64,000 nt of DNA from Escherichia coli (GTDB taxonomy: Bacteria > Pseudomonadota > Gammaproteobacteria > Enterobacterales > Enterobacteriaceae). A program made the position numbers and the translations under genes. Under the pieces are notes generated by a model. That model was not told the DNA's origin and made no database searches. It worked only from the letters and a program-made list of their open reading frames with translations. Below are positions 1 to 14,564 of the stretch, in pieces (position 1 is the first letter of the stretch; every line of letters begins with the position of its first letter). The stretch lies in assembly GCF_050920415.1 (NCBI RefSeq), contig NZ_CP169309.1; one strand, given 5' to 3'.

Positions 1-698
1 ATTGCGCAGACTGACGCGGCGCTGTGGGTTTCTACGATCATGCGTCGTTTAACCTGATTCTCAGTAAACAATTGATCCAGTAACTGGCGATAGCTGTCAG
101 TACGGGAAAGGCTGATGTAGTTCTCACCCTGAAAATCATCCGGCGTTAATACCTTTTTTACCGCCAGCGGATGACCCAGAGGTAACACACACACTTCATC
201 TAAAGAGAGTAATTCGGTACGTTCTGTTCCCGCAGGCGTATGGAGCGTTTCAGTGAGTCCTAAATCATGACGCTGGGCCGAGAGCCACTCTTCAAGTAGC
301 GGTGACTCCTGCGGCACGATATTTAAGCTGACATCGGGATAACGTGCCAGAAAGGGTTGCAGGAGCTGCGGTAAAAAAGATTGCGAAAAGACCGGCAGGC
401 AGGCAATAGACAGTTCTCCCTGGCGAAACTCGCGCAGACTTTCTGCGGCACTGACAATGCGATCCAGTCCGTACCAGGATCGTTGCACTTCTTCAAACAG
501 ACGCAGTCCTTGCACGGTAGGATGTAATCGTCCACGTATGCGCTCAAACAATTTCAGCCCGATCACCTTCTCAAAGCGCGCCAGTTCGCGGCTGACGGTT
601 GGCTGTGAGGTGTGTAGCAGGTGTGCCGCCTCAGTCAGGCTTCCGGCGGTCATTACCGCATGAAAAATTTCAATATGACGTAAGTTAACGGCGGCCAT
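1..698 (-). CDS. lysR: LysR transcriptional activator of lysA, 3' end runs off window start
   Basis: Manual minus-strand translation from ATG at 698-696 gives MAAVNLRHIEIFHAVMTAGSLTEAAHLLHTSQPTVSRELARFEK... (LysR-type HTH); divergent from lysA. Not in ORF track because no stop lies in the window. Confidence 0.85.
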   Translation of the reverse strand, partial: MAAVNLRHIEIFHAVMTAGSLTEAAHLLHTSQPTVSRELARFEKVIGLKLFERIRGRLHPTVQGLRLFEEVQRSWYGLDRIVSAAESLREFRQGELSIACLPVFSQSFLPQLLQPFLARYPDVSLNIVPQESPLLEEWLSAQRHDLGLTETLHTPAGTERTELLSLDEVCVLPLGHPLAVKKVLTPDDFQGENYISLSRTDSYRQLLDQLFTENQVKRRMIVETHSAASVCA

Positions 699-819
699 TA
701 GCGCTCTCTCGCAATCCGGTAATCCATATCATTTTTGCATAGACTCGACATAAATCGATATTTTTTATTCTTTTTATGATGTGGCGTAATCATAAAAAAG
801 CACTTATCTGGAGTTTGTT

Positions 820-2082
820 ATGCCACATTCACTGTTCAGCACCGATACCGACCTCACCGCCGAAAATCTGCTGCGTTTGCCCGCAGAATTTGGCTGCCCG
901 GTGTGGGTCTACGATGCGCAAATTATTCGTCGGCAGATTGCAGCGCTGAAACAGTTTGATGTGGTGCGCTTTGCACAGAAAGCCTGTTCCAATATTCATA
1001 TTTTGCGCCTAATGCGTGAGCAGGGCGTAAAAGTGGATTCCGTCTCGTTAGGCGAAATAGAGCGTGCACTGGTGGCGGGTTACAATCCGCAAACGCACCC
1101 CGATGATATTGTTTTTACGGCAGATGTTATCGATCAGGCGACGCTTGAACGCGTCAGTGAATTGCAAATTCCGGTGAATGCGGGTTCTGTTGATATGCTC
1201 GACCAACTGGGTCAGGTTTCGCCAGGGCATCGGGTATGGCTGCGTGTTAACCCGGGGTTTGGTCACGGGCATAGCCAAAAAACCAATACCGGTGGCGAAA
1301 ACAGCAAGCACGGCATCTGGTATACCGACCTGCCAGCCGCACTGGAATTGATACAACGTCATCATCTGCAGCTGGTCGGTGTTCACATGCATATTGGTTC
1401 CGGCGTTGATTACGCACATCTGGAGCAGGTGTGTGGTGCTATGGTGCGTCAGGTCATCGAATTTGGTCAGGATTTACAGGCTATTTCTGCGGGCGGTGGG
1501 CTTTCTATTCCTTATCAACAGGGTGAAGAGGCGGTTGATACCGAACATTATTATGGTCTGTGGAATGCTGCGCGTGAGCAAATCGCCCGCCATTTGGGCC
1601 ATCCTGTGAAACTGGAAATTGAACCGGGTCGCTTTCTGGTAGCGCAGGCTGGCGTATTAATTACTCAAGTGCGGAGCGTCAAACAAATGGGTAGCCGCCA
1701 CTTTGTGCTGGTTGATGCCGGGTTCAACGATCTGATGCGCCCGGCAATGTACGGTAGTTACCACCATATCAGTGCCCTGGCATCTGATGGTCGTTCTCTG
1801 GAACATGCACCAACGGTGGAAACCGTCGTCGCCGGACCGTTATGTGAATCGGGCGATGTCTTTACCCAGCAGGAAGGGGGAAATGTCGAAACCCGCGCCT
1901 TGCCGGAAGTGAAGGCAGGTGATTATCTGGTACTGCATGATACAGGGGCATATGGCGCATCAATGTCATCCAACTACAATAGCCGTCCGCTGTTACCAGA
2001 AGTTCTGTTTGATAATGGTCAGGCGCGGTTGATTCGCCGACGCCAGACCATTGAAGAATTACTGGCGCTGGAATTGCTTTAA
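820..2082 (+). CDS. lysA: Diaminopimelate decarboxylase
   Basis: 420 aa ORF; sequence recognised as LysA; divergent from lysR as in E. coli. Confidence 0.95.
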   Translation: MPHSLFSTDTDLTAENLLRLPAEFGCPVWVYDAQIIRRQIAALKQFDVVRFAQKACSNIHILRLMREQGVKVDSVSLGEIERALVAGYNPQTHPDDIVFTADVIDQATLERVSELQIPVNAGSVDMLDQLGQVSPGHRVWLRVNPGFGHGHSQKTNTGGENSKHGIWYTDLPAALELIQRHHLQLVGVHMHIGSGVDYAHLEQVCGAMVRQVIEFGQDLQAISAGGGLSIPYQQGEEAVDTEHYYGLWNAAREQIARHLGHPVKLEIEPGRFLVAQAGVLITQVRSVKQMGSRHFVLVDAGFNDLMRPAMYGSYHHISALASDGRSLEHAPTVETVVAGPLCESGDVFTQQEGGNVETRALPEVKAGDYLVLHDTGAYGASMSSNYNSRPLLPEVLFDNGQARLIRRRQTIEELLALELL

Positions 2083-2088
2083 CTGCGG

Positions 2089-3120
2089 TTAGTCGCTGGT
2101 TGCATGATGACTTGCCTCCAGCGACGGAGTTGACACTGAATGGCGACGTACCAGCGTCGGACTAAAGACATTAGTGATTTCCGGGAGAGGGCGATTATCA
2201 GCCAGCGCCAAAGCCAGTTCGGCAGCCTGGGTCGCCATCGTCACGATTGGGTAACGCACGGTGGTCAGACGCGGGCGCACATAGCGTGACACCAGCACAT
2301 CATCAAAGCCAATTAACGAAATCTCACCCGGTACTTCAATACCATTATCATTGAGAACGCCCATCGCACCCGCCGCCATTGAATCGTTATAACAGGCTAC
2401 CGCAGTGAAATTCCTTCCGCGTCCCAAAAGCTCGGTCATTGCCTGTTCGCCGCCGCTTTCGTCTGGTTCGCCAAATGTCACCAGCCGATCATTGGCCGGA
2501 ATACCACTTTCAGCGAGGGCATCGTAATAACCCTGCAGACGATCTTCGGCGTCAGAAATAGAGTGGTTAGAGCACAGATAACCAATGCGGGTATGACCTT
2601 GTTGAATTAGATGACGCGTTGCCAGCCAGGCACCGTAACGGTCGTCCAGAGCAATACAACGGTTTTCAAAGCCAGGCAGGATGCGGTTGATCAGCACCAT
2701 ACCGGGCATTTGTTTCATTAATGAGGCTAAGTCGGCATCCGGGATCATTTTGGCATGGACGACCAGCGCAGCGCAGCGATGGCGGATCAGTTGCTCAATG
2801 GCCTGACGCTCTTTTTGCTCGTTGTGGTAACCGTTGCCAATCAATAAAAAATTACCAGTGTGATAAGCCACCTGTTCGACCGCTTTCACCATTGCACCGA
2901 AAAACGGATCGGAAACATCACCAACGACCAGACCGATCGTTTCAGTGGTCTGCTGCGCCAGCGCACGGGCGTTGGCGTTCGGGTGATAGCTAAGAGACTC
3001 CATTGCACTATGCACAGCCAGTCGGGAAGCTTCGCTGGCTTTGGGTGAATTATTAATGACGCGGGAAACGGTGGCGACTGAAACGCCTGCCAGTCGGGCT
3101 ACATCCTTTATGGTCGCCAT
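2089..3120 (-). CDS. galR: Galactose operon repressor (LacI family)
   Basis: 343 aa ORF starting MATIKDVARLAGVSVATVSRV (HTH); recognised as GalR. Confidence 0.95.
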   Translation of the reverse strand: MATIKDVARLAGVSVATVSRVINNSPKASEASRLAVHSAMESLSYHPNANARALAQQTTETIGLVVGDVSDPFFGAMVKAVEQVAYHTGNFLLIGNGYHNEQKERQAIEQLIRHRCAALVVHAKMIPDADLASLMKQMPGMVLINRILPGFENRCIALDDRYGAWLATRHLIQQGHTRIGYLCSNHSISDAEDRLQGYYDALAESGIPANDRLVTFGEPDESGGEQAMTELLGRGRNFTAVACYNDSMAAGAMGVLNDNGIEVPGEISLIGFDDVLVSRYVRPRLTTVRYPIVTMATQAAELALALADNRPLPEITNVFSPTLVRRHSVSTPSLEASHHATSD

Positions 3121-3333
3121 GAAAATACCTTAGTGGGTAAACGCTTACGTTCTGTCAGTGTTACGGAAAATACCTGTTGGTTCAAGTGGCGACGTGTTTT
3201 CATCGTGGGAATGTGAGCCAAACGCAAATAAATAAGACAAAAAAAGAGATTGCAAACCTTTGGTTACACTTTGCGAAACGCTGTTGCGATTGACCGCTGG
3301 TTGCGTTTGGCTTCAGGTTGCTAAAGTGGTGGT

Positions 3334-3416
3334 CCCAGAGGTATTGATAGGTGAAGTCAACTTCGGGTTGAGCACATGAATTACACCAGCCTGCGCAGAT
3401 GCGCAGGTTTTTTTTT
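3334..3416 (+). ncRNA. omrB: OmrB small regulatory RNA
   Basis: Starts CCCAGAGGTATTGATAGGTGA, ends with hairpin CCTGCGCAGATGCGCAGG plus T9; shares 5' and 3' ends with the adjacent copy; lies between galR and aas, where I recall the OmrA/OmrB pair. Confidence 0.85.
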
Positions 3417-3530
3417 GCCGGCCATCAATCTGTAACAGTAACCGACAATTTACACACCTCGTTGCATTTCCCTTCATTCCTTTGCGTTTTCTCGCTGGCG
3501 AAGAGTCGTTGTGCAGACCACAATCAAGAT

Positions 3531-3618
3531 CCCAGAGGTATTGATTGGTGAGATTATTCGGTACGCTCTTCGTACCCTGTCTCTTGCACCAACCTGCGCG
3601 GATGCGCAGGTTTTTTTT
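3531..3618 (+). ncRNA. omrA: OmrA small regulatory RNA
   Basis: Starts CCCAGAGGTATTGATTGGTGA, ends with hairpin CCTGCGCGGATGCGCAGG plus T8; paralogous to the upstream copy. Confidence 0.85.
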
Positions 3619-3684
3619 CGCACCTAATTTACTGTCGCTCGCGTTCTTTATCTCGTGTAATCTCCCTCCATTCGCTTTTACTGA

Positions 3685-7051
<3,367 letters not shown>

Positions 7052-7054
7052 TCT

Positions 7055-7080
7055 TTAACGCCGGTTTTAACCGGCGTTAA
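7055..7080. terminator. Bidirectional hairpin between convergent lplT and tas
   Basis: Palindrome TTAACGCCGG ttttaa CCGGCGTTAA immediately after both stop codons. Confidence 0.6.
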
Positions 7081-7082
7081 TC

Positions 7083-8123
7083 TTATGGTGCCGGATAAGT
7101 ATAAACCTGATGCACCGCTTCAATTTCAGCTAATACGTCTTCGCTTAACTCCAGATGCAAACTTTCGACGTTAGTTTTCAGCTGCTCCATCGTGGTTGCG
7201 CCCAGCAGAGTGCTGGCAACAAACGGTTGACGGCGTACAAAAGCGAGCGCCATCTGAGCAGGATCCAGGCCATGACGTCTGGCGATATCAACATACGCCG
7301 CGACGGCTTTTTGCGTTTGCTCACCGCTATAGCGAGTGAAGCGGCTAAAGAGCGTATTACGTGCGCCAGCAGGTTTTGCACCGTTGAGGTATTTCCCGGT
7401 CAGCGTGCCGAAACCCAGACACGAATAGGCCAGCAGCTCAACCCCTTCATACTGGCTGACTTCTGCCAGACCCACTTCAAAACTGCGGTTTAACAGACTG
7501 TAGGGGTTCTGAATGGTGACAATACGCGGCAGATCGTGTTTGTCCGCCAGATGCAGGTAACGCATTACGCCAAATGCAGTTTCATTCGATACGCCGATAT
7601 AACGAATTTTCCCCGCGCGTTGGTACTCTGCCAGTGCGTCCAGCGTATCCAGCAGCGAAACCGCAGGGGCAGAATCTGTCCAGCTATAACCGAGTTTGCC
7701 GAAGCAGTTGGTTGGGCGCTGCGGCCAGTGCACCTGATAAAGATCGAGGTAATCAGTCTGCAGGCGCTTGAGGCTGTCATGCAGAGCTTCGCGGATATTC
7801 TTCCGATCCAGCGCCTGATCCGGGCGGATGCCCTTGTCATTATTGCGCGACGGTCCGCTCACTTTGGAAGCGATAATTAACTTTTCGCGGCTGCCATGTT
7901 TTGCCAGCCAGTTACCGACGTAGGTTTCGGTTAACCCTTGCGTTTCGGGGCGCGGCGGCACTGGGTACATTTCGGCAACGTCGATAAGGTTAATGCCCTG
8001 AGCGACGGCATAGTCGAGTTGTGCGTGGGCGTCGGCTTCGCTGTTCTGTTCACCAAACGTCATCGTGCCAAGCCCCAGCGTGCTGACTTCCAGCGAACTG
8101 TGGGGTATACGGTGATATTGCAT
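7083..8123 (-). CDS. tas: Aldo-keto reductase Tas
   Basis: 346 aa ORF; AKR family; recognised as Tas. Confidence 0.9.
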   Translation of the reverse strand: MQYHRIPHSSLEVSTLGLGTMTFGEQNSEADAHAQLDYAVAQGINLIDVAEMYPVPPRPETQGLTETYVGNWLAKHGSREKLIIASKVSGPSRNNDKGIRPDQALDRKNIREALHDSLKRLQTDYLDLYQVHWPQRPTNCFGKLGYSWTDSAPAVSLLDTLDALAEYQRAGKIRYIGVSNETAFGVMRYLHLADKHDLPRIVTIQNPYSLLNRSFEVGLAEVSQYEGVELLAYSCLGFGTLTGKYLNGAKPAGARNTLFSRFTRYSGEQTQKAVAAYVDIARRHGLDPAQMALAFVRRQPFVASTLLGATTMEQLKTNVESLHLELSEDVLAEIEAVHQVYTYPAP

Positions 8124-8230
8124 AGCCGTTTCCTTTTTATAATCACGACATAAGGAATATAAAAATGGCAGAGGGAAGGGAAAAGGGAAAGCGAAAAATC
8201 TTAAGGCCAGCCGGATGCTGACCTTATTTT

Positions 8231-8449
8231 TTAACGTTCAATAATTTGCGAAACATCATCACGGTTAATTTGCATCGCGTTACCTTGCTGATCGTGATAA
8301 CTCACCAGCCCGGTATCATCATCAATTTCAGGTTTTCCATCGGTCAAAATCATACGGCCATCTTTGGTCGCCATGACGTAATCACTGGAACACCCGGAAA
8401 CAGCAAACGCCAGTCCGACTGCAGAAATTATTACTGCCCATTTTTTCAT
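8231..8449 (-). CDS. ygdR: Small lipoprotein (DUF903 family)
   Basis: 72 aa; signal peptide with lipobox AVSGC; paralogous to the ORF at 42189. Confidence 0.85.
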
Positions 8450-8586
8450 CCGGTTATCCTCATTTGGCCCACCTATGATAATAGTCTTTTTATAAACCGA
8501 CGTTATATATCTTGAAAGCAGGAAAATCTTAAACTGTGAGGGTAACAGGAGTGAGTACGCTCTCCTGCAGGAGAGCGTACGGAGTA

Positions 8587-9300
8587 TCAGAGCGGATTCT
8601 TTTTGTTGCGAATCAGGTTGAGGCTTTCAACCGCAATAGAGAAGAACATCGCGAAGTAGATGTAACCTTTCGGTACGTGGATGTCGAAACTTTCCAGAAT
8701 CAGGGTAAAGCCCACCAGAATCAGGAAAGAGAGCGCCAGCATTTTTACCGAAGGATGGCGTTCGACAAAATCACCAATCGAGCGCGCGGCAAACATCATC
8801 ACGCCTACGGCAATCACCACGGCTGCCATCATAATAAACAGGTGATCTGACAGACCCACAGCGGTAATCACCGAGTCGAGGCTGAAGATAATATCCAGCA
8901 GCATAATCTGCACGATAGCGCCGAGGAATGATGAAACGCGTGTTTTCAGCCCTTCTTCTTCACCTTCGATGGATTCGTGGATTTCCTTGCTGGCTTTCCA
9001 GATAAGGAACAGACCTCCCAGCAGCAGAATCAAATCACGGGCGGAAATTTCCTGACTGAATATTGTAAAAAGTGGATTCGTCAGGCGCGTTACCCAGGCT
9101 ATTGACGCCAGCAGCGCCAGACGCATAACCATGGCTCCCGCCAACCCCAGACGGCGCGCATGTGCACGTTGTGCCGTGGGGAGCTTTGCCACCACCAGAG
9201 AAAGGAAAATAATATTGTCGATCCCAAGAACGATCTCCAGCAGCGTCAGCGTACCGAGCGCAAGCCAGGCGTTAGGATCGGTTATCCATGCAAATAACAT
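8587..9300 (-). CDS. ygdQ: TerC-family inner membrane protein
   Basis: 237 aa polytopic membrane ORF; recognised as YgdQ. Confidence 0.85.
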
Positions 9301-9368
9301 CTAAAAAGCCCTGCCAAAAAAATGAAGCGGTAATTATATGCCCGGAAAGCGGCAGGTCAAAGCGATGG

Positions 9369-10058
9369 CTACTGGATCAGAAAATGACGGGCCAGTAGCG
9401 CACTGGTGAAATTCTTCTTCAAATAAAAGCCACGCGGCAGCGTCAGAATCCGTTCGCCCCGGGCACCAATGGCTTCGGTAAGCGCTTTCGCATTCGCTGC
9501 TTTCGGGCGTATCTGTAAATACTCCCCGTGACGAGCGGTGATCCGCTCAACCTGACCGAGAACAATCATATCCATTAATTCTTCCCAGTCTTCGCGCAGT
9601 TGCCGGTCTTCCTCTTCATTCGGGCTCCATAGCAATGGTGATCCTACGCGACGCTGCGCCAGCGGGATGCTGCGCTCGCCTTCAACCGGTATCCACAGCA
9701 CGCGTTTGAGCTTGTGGCGCACGTGGCTGGTTTCCCAGGTCACCCCGCTATTACCCGTTAACGGGGCAACACAAACGAATGTTGTTTCCAGCGGACGACC
9801 AAGACTATCCACAGGGATAGTTTTAAGTTCCACGCCCAGAGCAGCAAAATCTTGCTCAGGTTTACTCCCTGCGCTGGCACCTAGCCAGATCTCCAGTAAC
9901 ACGCCAATCCAGCCCTTATCGCGTTTTAAATTCTCCGGCGTCACCAGCCCAGCAAGTGCCGCCAGTTCTCCCAATGTATAACCAGAAAGTTGTTGTGCTT
10001 GCGCTAACAATTGTTCTTCAGTTTCGGGAGGAGAGAGCAGTGGGCGAGGTTGGGACAT
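9369..10058 (-). CDS. mutH: Methyl-directed mismatch repair endonuclease MutH
   Basis: 229 aa; recognised as MutH. Confidence 0.95.
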
Positions 10059-10246
10059 GTCATGATACCTTGGTTAAAAAACAAACAGCACTTCTGTGCC
10101 GAATATTCGCAGTGTAACTTTTTCCACATGCGTTGTTCAATTCTCTGATTTATATTGCTTTTTAGGTGTCGGATAATCCAGTTGCGCAACACTGCAACGG
10201 GTTTTCCAAATCTGGTCACTGAAAATAAACAGGATCTTACACCATG

Positions 10247-10600
10247 TTATCCACAGAAAGCTGGGATAACTGTGAAAAACCTCCACTACTGTTTCCATTT
10301 ACAGCCTTGACGTGCGACGAAACTCCAGTTTTTAGTGGTTCAGTGCTTAACTTAGTGGCACATTCTGTGGATAAATACGGCGTTGGTTGATCTTTCGCCA
10401 ACCTGTAAATGAGAGGTGTGACCTGGGTCACGAATTACTCCTTTTTATTACTTAAATTACATGTAATGCATTGACTAATAATGATTATTTTAAAATGTCG
10501 ATATCAGGCTTATTCAGAATGCTCCGGGTTTTCCCGTAGTAATTCCGTAGTTCTTCACAACTCTATCCACAGAAAAGGTGAATAAAAACGGCTATCCACC
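10247..10600. promoter_or_regulatory. DnaA-box cluster in the mutH-rppH intergenic region (DARS2-like)
   Basis: Perfect TTATCCACA at 10247-10255, its reverse complement TGTGGATAA at 10366-10374, and near-consensus CTATCCACA at 10563-10571 and CTATCCACC at 10592-10600, in a 685 bp non-coding gap; I recall DARS2 at this locus. Confidence 0.6.
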
Positions 10601-10742
10601 CCTTCCTCTGTTTATAACTCTGCACATAACTGTGAGTTATTCAATTGTTATTAGTGTGTAATGCCCTGCAGAGAGTGGTTTACCGTCTTCATGGAGTATG
10701 AAACAATCATTCGTATATAAAGCTTTATTTTGAGGTAGTCCG

Positions 10743-11273
10743 GTGATTGATGACGATGGCTACCGCCCAAACGTAGGTATCGTGATTTGTAATCGCCAGG
10801 GGCAGGTAATGTGGGCCCGGCGATTTGGTCAGCACTCCTGGCAATTTCCGCAAGGCGGAATCAACCCCGGAGAATCCGCAGAGCAGGCGATGTACCGTGA
10901 ATTGTTTGAAGAAGTAGGATTAAGCCGCAAAGACGTTCGAATCCTTGCTTCAACGCGTAACTGGTTGCGCTACAAATTACCGAAACGTTTGGTGCGTTGG
11001 GACACGAAGCCGGTTTGTATCGGCCAAAAACAAAAATGGTTTCTCTTGCAGCTGGTGAGCGGCGATGCAGAAATCAATATGCAAACCAGCAGTACACCAG
11101 AGTTTGATGGCTGGAGATGGGTAAGTTACTGGTATCCGGTCAGACAGGTGGTGTCATTTAAACGTGATGTCTACCGTAGGGTAATGAAAGAGTTCGCGAG
11201 TGTTGTGATGGCGCTGCAGGATAATACGCCAAAACCACAAAACGCATCTGCTTATCGACGTAAAAGAGGTTAA
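10743..11273 (+). CDS. rppH: RNA pyrophosphohydrolase (Nudix)
   Basis: 176 aa with Nudix box ([22 protein letters not shown]); recognised as RppH/NudH. Confidence 0.95.
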   Translation: MIDDDGYRPNVGIVICNRQGQVMWARRFGQHSWQFPQGGINPGESAEQAMYRELFEEVGLSRKDVRILASTRNWLRYKLPKRLVRWDTKPVCIGQKQKWFLLQLVSGDAEINMQTSSTPEFDGWRWVSYWYPVRQVVSFKRDVYRRVMKEFASVVMALQDNTPKPQNASAYRRKRG

Positions 11274-11285
11274 GTCACGCCAATT

Positions 11286-13532
11286 ATGCTCACTCGCCTG
11301 CGCGAAATAGTCGAAAAGGTAGCCAGCGCACCACGCCTGAATGAGGCGTTAAATATTCTGGTTACCGACATCTGTCTTGCGATGGATACCGAGGTCTGTT
11401 CGGTCTACCTGGCCGATCATGACCGACGTTGTTACTACCTGATGGCGACCCGGGGGCTGAAAAAACCACGTGGTCGCACTGTAACGCTTGCGTTTGATGA
11501 AGGGATCGTCGGCCTGGTTGGCAGGCTGGCGGAACCGATAAACCTTGCAGATGCGCAAAAGCACCCCAGCTTCAAATACATCCCCTCCGTAAAAGAAGAA
11601 CGTTTCCGCGCGTTTTTAGGCGTACCAATTATTCAACGTCGCCAGTTGCTTGGTGTACTGGTGGTACAGCAACGAGAGTTGCGCCAGTATGACGAAAGTG
11701 AAGAATCCTTCCTGGTGACGCTTGCCACCCAGATGGCAGCGATTCTTTCTCAGTCGCAGTTGACTGCCTTGTTTGGGCAATATCGCCAGACGCGAATCCG
11801 TGCATTACCGGCAGCGCCCGGTGTAGCAATTGCCGAAGGCTGGCAGGATGCCACGTTACCTTTAATGGAACAGGTGTATCAGGCATCAACGCTGGATCCG
11901 GCTCTGGAACGCGAACGACTGACCGGGGCGCTGGAAGAAGCGGCAAACGAGTTTCGCCGCTACAGCAAACGCTTTGCCGCCGGTGCACAAAAAGAAACGG
12001 CGGCTATTTTCGATCTTTACTCGCACCTGCTTTCGGACACCCGGCTGCGTCGCGAATTGTTTGCCGAGGTTGATAAAGGCTCGGTGGCAGAGTGGGCGGT
12101 AAAAACGGTCATTGAAAAATTTGCCGAACAGTTTGCCGCGCTAAGCGATAACTATCTCAAAGAGCGGGCTGGCGATTTACGTGCGCTGGGTCAGCGATTG
12201 CTGTTTCATCTTGATGACGCTAATCAAGGGCCGAACGCCTGGCCGGAACGTTTCATTCTGGTGGCAGATGAACTGTCAGCGACAACGCTTGCTGAGCTGC
12301 CCCAGGATCGCTTAGTCGGTGTTGTCGTGCGAGATGGCGCAGCCAACTCCCATGCTGCGATCATGGTACGTGCGCTGGGGATCCCTACCGTAATGGGCGC
12401 GGATATTCAGCCTTCGGTGCTGCATCGTCGGACGTTGATCGTCGATGGTTATCGCGGTGAATTGCTGGTCGATCCGGAGCCGGTACTGCTGCAAGAATAT
12501 CAGCGGCTAATTAGTGAAGAGATTGAGCTTAGCCGTCTGGCGGAAGATGACGTCAATTTACCCGCCCAGTTAAAAAGCGGCGAGCGCATTAAAGTCATGC
12601 TCAATGCCGGTTTAAGCCCGGAACATGAACAAAAACTGGGCAGCCGTATTGATGGCATAGGACTTTATCGCACTGAAATCCCATTCATGCTGCAAAGTGG
12701 TTTTCCGTCGGAAGAAGAACAGGTGGCGCAGTATCAGGGGATGCTGCAAATGTTCAATGATAAACCCGTCACCTTGCGTACGCTGGATGTCGGAGCAGAT
12801 AAGCAGCTGCCTTACATGCCGATCAGCGAAGAGAATCCATGCCTGGGTTGGCGTGGGATTCGCATTACGCTCGATCAGCCGGAGATCTTCTTGATTCAGG
12901 TGCGGGCGATGCTGCGTGCTAATGCCGCTACGGGCAACCTGAATATTCTGTTGCCGATGGTCACCAGCCTCGATGAAGTTGACGAAGCACGCCGCCTGAT
13001 TGAACGTGCCGGACGTGAAGTCGAGGAGATGATCGGTTACGAAATTCCCAAACCACGTATCGGCATCATGCTTGAAGTGCCGTCAATGGTATTTATGCTG
13101 CCGCATCTGGCAAAGCGGGTCGATTTTATCTCTGTTGGCACCAACGATCTGACTCAATACATCCTGGCCGTTGATCGCAACAATACCCGGGTGGCGAACA
13201 TTTATGACAGTCTTCATCCTGCAATGTTACGAGCTCTGGCGATGATCGCTCGGGAAGCGGAAATACATGGTATCGATCTCCGTTTGTGCGGTGAAATGGC
13301 GGGCGATCCCATGTGCGTGGCAATCCTCATTGGGCTTGGGTATCGCCATCTGTCTATGAACGGACGTTCTGTAGCGCGCGTAAAATACCTGCTGCGGCGC
13401 ATTGATTATGCCGAAGCAGAAAACCTTGCGCAGCGTAGTCTGGAAGCGCAACTGGCGACCGAAGTTCGCCATCAGGTTGCAGCCTTTATGGAGCGTCGCG
13501 GCATGGGCGGGTTGATTCGCGGAGGGTTATAG
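11286..13532 (+). CDS. ptsP: PTS-Ntr enzyme I (GAF domain plus EI)
   Basis: 748 aa; recognised as PtsP; immediately downstream of rppH. Confidence 0.95.
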   Translation: MLTRLREIVEKVASAPRLNEALNILVTDICLAMDTEVCSVYLADHDRRCYYLMATRGLKKPRGRTVTLAFDEGIVGLVGRLAEPINLADAQKHPSFKYIPSVKEERFRAFLGVPIIQRRQLLGVLVVQQRELRQYDESEESFLVTLATQMAAILSQSQLTALFGQYRQTRIRALPAAPGVAIAEGWQDATLPLMEQVYQASTLDPALERERLTGALEEAANEFRRYSKRFAAGAQKETAAIFDLYSHLLSDTRLRRELFAEVDKGSVAEWAVKTVIEKFAEQFAALSDNYLKERAGDLRALGQRLLFHLDDANQGPNAWPERFILVADELSATTLAELPQDRLVGVVVRDGAANSHAAIMVRALGIPTVMGADIQPSVLHRRTLIVDGYRGELLVDPEPVLLQEYQRLISEEIELSRLAEDDVNLPAQLKSGERIKVMLNAGLSPEHEQKLGSRIDGIGLYRTEIPFMLQSGFPSEEEQVAQYQGMLQMFNDKPVTLRTLDVGADKQLPYMPISEENPCLGWRGIRITLDQPEIFLIQVRAMLRANAATGNLNILLPMVTSLDEVDEARRLIERAGREVEEMIGYEIPKPRIGIMLEVPSMVFMLPHLAKRVDFISVGTNDLTQYILAVDRNNTRVANIYDSLHPAMLRALAMIAREAEIHGIDLRLCGEMAGDPMCVAILIGLGYRHLSMNGRSVARVKYLLRRIDYAEAENLAQRSLEAQLATEVRHQVAAFMERRGMGGLIRGGL

Positions 13533-13682
13533 CGCGGATCATATACATATCTTTTAACGGTATCCGGCAACCAGCCAGGTCCCCTTGTGCTATTATTCGC
13601 ACCTTTGGAGCGCCTGAAACCTGCGGCGCGCATTTCAATCGCTGTTCTCTTTCAGCGAAATAACAAGAACTTGTGGTGACAG

Positions 13683-14558
13683 ATGACCAGTAGCTATCTG
13701 CATTTTCCGGAGTTTGATCCGGTCATTTTCTCAATAGGACCCGTAGCGCTTCACTGGTACGGCCTGATGTATCTGGTGGGTTTCATTTTTGCAATGTGGC
13801 TGGCAACACGTCGGGCGAATCGTCCGGGCAGCGGCTGGACCAAAAATGAAGTTGAAAACTTACTCTATGCGGGCTTCCTCGGCGTCTTCCTCGGTGGACG
13901 TATTGGTTATGTTCTGTTCTACAACTTCCCGCAGTTTATGGCCGATCCGCTGTATCTTTTCCGTGTCTGGGACGGCGGCATGTCCTTCCACGGCGGCCTG
14001 ATTGGCGTTATCGTGGTGATGATTATCTTCGCCCGCCGTACTAAACGTTCCTTCTTCCAGGTTTCTGATTTTATCGCACCACTCATTCCGTTTGGTCTTG
14101 GTGCCGGGCGTCTGGGCAACTTTATTAACGGTGAATTGTGGGGCCGCGTTGACCCGAACTTCCCGTTTGCCATGCTGTTCCCCGGCTCCCGTACAGAAGA
14201 TATTTTGCTGCTGCAAACCAACCCGCAGTGGCAATCCATTTTCGACACTTACGGTGTGCTGCCGCGCCACCCATCACAGCTTTACGAGCTGCTGCTGGAA
14301 GGTGTGGTGCTGTTTATTATCCTCAACCTGTATATTCGTAAACCGCGCCCAATGGGAGCTGTCTCAGGTTTGTTCCTGATTGGCTACGGCGCGTTTCGCA
14401 TCATTGTTGAGTTTTTCCGCCAGCCCGACGCGCAGTTTACCGGTGCCTGGGTGCAGTACATCAGCATGGGGCAAATTCTTTCCATCCCGATGATTGTCGC
14501 GGGTGTGATCATGATGGTCTGGGCATATCGTCGCAGCCCACAGCAACACGTTTCCTGA
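13683..14558 (+). CDS. lgt: Prolipoprotein diacylglyceryl transferase
   Basis: 291 aa membrane protein; recognised as Lgt. Confidence 0.95.
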
Positions 14559-14564
14559 GGAACC

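Noticed and set aside
10004-10431. Two small minus-strand ORFs (71 and 64 aa) in the mutH-rppH gap
   Set aside because: They overlap the DnaA-box cluster, lack convincing ribosome-binding sites, and the region is better explained as a DARS2-like regulatory locus.
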